Source of the DNA: Zygnema circumcarinatum SAG 698-1b
Taxonomy: Eukaryota; Plantae; Zygnematophyceae
NCBI GenBank assembly: GCA_037447605.1
Contig: JBBHKD010000028.1
Coordinates: 1-11,406, forward strand
DNA length: 11,406 nucleotides
Direction of reading: 5' to 3'
The notes under the pieces were generated by a model. That model did no database searches. It saw only the letters and a program-made list of their open reading frames with translations, and was not told the DNA's origin. Below are positions 8,389-11,406 of this stretch, piece after piece. Both the position numbers and the translations under genes were made by a program. Positions within the stretch are counted from its first letter, which is position 1, and every line of letters starts with the position of its first letter.

Positions 8389-8426
8389 AAAATCGACATA
8401 GGGAACCAGAAAAAGCGGTCACAATA

Positions 8427-8626
8427 GGGGGAGTCAGACCTTGACCATCGCTTACGAAATTCCCGAATTCCTTTTACTAAAAGTCAATCCTTTCGTGTAC
8501 GAATTCCGGGTCGGGATCCGCGGCTCCGCCGAGCCCAGCCGTACCGAAATGCGTACCTAGCCAATGCTGAATTCGTCCGACAGGCTTACGAAATTGATTT
8601 GGCGATGGTCAAGGTCTGACTCCCCC
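8427..8626. mobile_element. MITE (non-autonomous DNA transposon), about 200 bp
   Basis: Perfect 27-bp inverted repeat, 8425-8451 vs 8602-8628 (TAGGGGGAGTCAGACCTTGACCATCGC). The TSD is either TA or AAT. No coding capacity. Confidence 0.9.
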
Positions 8627-8956
8627 TAATGGACTTAAGGAAAAAGAGAAAGCCTCAAAACGGAAATCTACTTCTAGGCTCAACAACACGGCACTAGAAG
8701 CAGCCGCGAAGGCACATGCACATTCAACATGCAACATGCACAACATGGCCACAACGTAGAACATTGGTTTTTTTTCGACTTTGTAAAGTTATGCCATGCG
8801 GCTATGCCCCACGTCCTCGCAAGCACGGACAAGCCGAACTGTGACGTGACATCGGTCAGCCTGACAACTTTCGTGTGGTAAAACGAAACGCCAGCCCCCG
8901 AAAGCAGCCGACAACCGTCCGATGCGGCTGCAAAGTCAACTAACCGTCCAAACTGT

Positions 8957-8966
8957 GACACGTGGC
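8957..8966 (+). promoter_or_regulatory. ABRE/G-box motif upstream of the host gene
   Basis: GACACGTGGC lies about 180 bp upstream of the ATG at 9145, with further ACGT cores near 8811 and 8845. Motif match only. Confidence 0.4.
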
Positions 8967-9144
8967 GGCCTCTGATTAGTTTGCAATTTCTCCTGCGGCC
9001 TGAAATTTGCGGAAAACGTTGGACGTTGACTCTTCCGCGCGCGGCTCAGTACAGTACTTGTATTACGGACTTCCGAAAGCGGCCAAAATATGACCGTAAG
9101 GACCGCTCGCCACTCTGGCGAGCTCCCCCTTGCGCGGGTGACAG

Positions 9145-10088
9145 ATGGCGGAGCAGAAGCCTGAAACTGAGGTACTGAGAACGGCGGCCGCCATGGATGA
9201 AAGCTCGGATAAGGGGGGGAAGGGCGCGCCTTCCGTCATCGAACAGCAGCTGAAACGGCTCTCTGGGCATTCCACGTTCTACCAAAAGGCGATCGGAGCG
9301 GTGGTGGTGGTCCTTCTCATGGCGGGAATCGTCTTGCAGGTCACCCTGATCGTCACGAAGAGGTCCAGTGACAGGGTTCTCGACGCCATGGACATTGAGA
9401 GAGGAATGAGGGAGATCAAATCCAGGAGGTTTGGGGGAGGGGGAGGGAATGGATTAACAAATGATATCAAAAGCAATGAGGATCGAATAACGGCTATGCT
9501 GGGTAAGGTGGTGACTCATGGCAAAGTCACGGAGAAGGGATCTCAAGCGGTAGCTGTAGAGGCTAAGGGAGGGGGAGGAGGAGGAGGAAGAGGAGGAGGA
9601 GGAGGAGGAGCAGGAGGAGGGGAAGCAGGAGGAGCAGAAGGAGGGGGAGCAGGAGGAGCAGCAGGAGGAGGAGCAGGAGGAGCAGGAGGAGGCGGAGGAG
9701 GAGGAGGAGGAGGAGGAGGAGGAGGAGGAGCAGGAGGAGGAGGAGGAGCAGGAGGAGCAGCAGCAGGAGGAGGAGGAGGAGGAGGAGCAGCAGCAGCAGC
9801 GAAAAGCTCTCCGTCTCAGTCTTCCGACCCTCTGTGGTGGCGCAATTGGAAGGGGGAATGGTCGTTTGATCCGCTGCAGCGCTATCTGTACTATCCTCGC
9901 ACTCCCTCGGACTTCATGGTGCCATGGGACCAGCGGCGGTGGAGCCTGACATGCATGGCGGCGGAGGCCATAGCGCTGCGCCGCGTCCTTGTGGTCGACT
10001 ACGGGATGGGCGTGCCGGCGGAGTTCAACAACGGGAAGAGCAAAGTGGCCAAGTTCGAGCAGTACTTTAACCTCTGGCGGCTGCACGA
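9145..10088 (+). CDS. Coding exon 1 of a type II membrane glycosyltransferase-like protein (SUB1/At4g08810-like, O-fucosyltransferase-related)
   Basis: N-terminal tail, single TM (AIGAVVVVLLMAGIVLQVTLIV), Gly-rich stem, then RYLYY...WSLTC..EAIAL.RVLVVD...F..YF.L. From memory this resembles the SUB1-family YLYY...WSFLC.LGEA.YLNRT.VMD...F.YYFDF pattern. Donor GA|GTACG at 10089, phase 2. Confidence 0.75.
9568..9801 (+). repeat. (GGA)n/(GCA)n coding trinucleotide repeat, 78 codons of Gly/Ala
   Basis: Almost exclusively GGA and GCA codons, in frame, between the TM segment and the catalytic domain. Confidence 0.95.
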
Positions 10089-10940
10089 GTACGAGGCTCC
10101 TCTCCAATCTTTATTCTGATGACATGGAGCCTGACCCAAATTCTGATTCTGATTTGGAATTCTGATATGGAGTCAGACCCTAATTTGAATCTGGATCTGA
10201 GGTCAACGCTCATGCTAACGCCGAGAGTAACGCTGACCTTGAGTGTAGCGCTCTGATATTAAGCCATAAACTTCAGATCTTGAACGTTACCACGGTTCTG
10301 AACCTCTTTTGGGCCCTAGCGTAACCCTAATATTAAGTAGATCATAATTTTGACCCTTGTCTTAGCCCCTAACCCTGAGCGCAATGCTGACCCTAACGAT
10401 AAATCTTGCCTTCATCATGACTCAAATCGCAACTCCAATGCAAATCTTAAGATTAGCCCTTGATATAACACTTAACTTTAACCCTAGCGCTAACCGTTTC
10501 CCTAATTCTCTCTTTCTCACTCTTTCTAATCCGAACCTGGCCCTATCTTGACAGTGCTTCTGGCGATTATCTTAGACCTAACTCAGATTCCGACTCGACT
10601 TTAAACCTGAGCCGACTCTAATTTTGATGTTTAGCTCTATTCGCATAAAACCCGAAACTCAAACTTAAGCCAAATCTGGGTCGTAACCCTAATCCCAACC
10701 CTGCCGCGAATTTTAACCCTCATTTTAGTCCCAAACCTTCGCCCTTACCTGAACATTCAGCTTTCTCCCTGTGCTTGAATCTGTCTTGAACCCTAACCCT
10801 GAATGATATATGCCCTAAAGCCCCCTCACTGCCCTCAACCCAAGCCGATCTACTCTTTACCACTTATTGAACTTGATAAAGGAACCATTGTGCTACTTTT
10901 AATCCTACACCTCCTCCCTCTTTATGCCATTGTTTTGCAG
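10089..10940 (+). other. Intron 1 (852 bp)
   Basis: GT at 10089 and TTTTGCAG ending at 10940. Both sites are phase 2, giving the in-frame join ...WRLHE-KFPILEM... Confidence 0.8.
10120..10870 (+). repeat. Decayed telomere-like (CCCTAA)n hexamer array in intron 1
   Basis: By manual count, eight exact CCCTAA and six TAACCCT, all on one strand. A 6-bp register is visible at 10373-10402. Confidence 0.7.
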
Positions 10941-11156
10941 GAAATTTCCGATCCTTGAGATGAGCTTGTTCTTAGATGGCTTGCAGGTATGGGATGGAGA
11001 GCATCCCACGGAAAAGGTTTCGGTGTTGCAAGCACCCATTGTGGGAGGACCCTCCATTGCAAATATGAGTGAATCGGATGCAACTGTTGTTCAGAGAATC
11101 TATGGAACGACAGGTGACGGACAGTTCGCATGGAAAGTATATGTGAAGTTCAAAAG
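10941..11156 (+). CDS. Coding exon 2 of the SUB1-like gene; the gene continues beyond the window
   Basis: KFPILEMSLFLDGLQVW...DATVVQRIYGTTGDGQFAWKVY continues the recalled SUB1-family alignment (…DTLIMRKFG..EPDNYWYRVC). Strong donor AAG|GTGAGT at 11157. Confidence 0.8.
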
Positions 11157-11406
11157 GTGAGTCTCAAGGAGGGGAGGGGGCTGGAAATGGAGAGAGGGAG
11201 AGAAGGAGAGGAGGCGCGAATTAAGTTGAATTCTTTGCGTACAAAATAAAATTTAGTTTTTATTTCTTGCTGCGATTGAATTTGGCGGTTTAAATGAAGC
11301 TGGAGTGCCAGATCACGCTAAAAATCAATTGACCACCATTGAATTGATAGTTATTCGTTCATTCCAACGGCGTCTTCCCTGTCCTCCGCCCTTCCCGTTG
11401 TGTTTT

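Noticed and set aside
9454-10107. Minus-strand poly-Ser/Cys ORF
   Set aside because: It is the complement of the GGA/GCA repeat.
10089-10119. Track ORF end (…YEAPLQSLF*)
   Set aside because: It is better explained as read-through into intron 1, since phase-matched splice sites join the frame to exon 2.
10169-10179. GGAGTCAGACC match to the MITE TIR
   Set aside because: The match is only 11 nt, lies inside the decayed hexamer array and has no partner, so it is compatible with chance.

Overview
Eukaryotic, TE-rich window from a gapped draft assembly (five 10-N gaps and one 246-N gap). The host is most likely a streptophyte alga or plant; Chara-like is my inference from GC content, intron size and repeat style. 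Bases 1-6617 hold pieces of at least two or three related Ty3/gypsy retrotransposon copies on the minus strand (gag, protease start, RT, RNase H, integrase). LTRs of a second family with TGTT(G/A)GTG...CAC(C/T)AACA termini interrupt them. At the gag/pol junction there is a candidate -1 ribosomal frameshift signal: G_GAA_AAC, a 6-nt spacer and an 11-bp stem-loop. A roughly 180-aa stop-free region follows before the protease. Further right are a hairpin-dense block (6864-7222), an LTR bounded by a 5-bp TSD (7664-8388) and a roughly 200-bp MITE (8427-8626). The window ends with the first two coding exons of a type II membrane, SUB1/O-fucosyltransferase-like host gene (9145-10088, 10941-11156), which has a 78-codon Gly/Ala linker and an intron made of a decayed (CCCTAA)n-like hexamer array. 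All alignments and counts were done by eye; no database searches were run.
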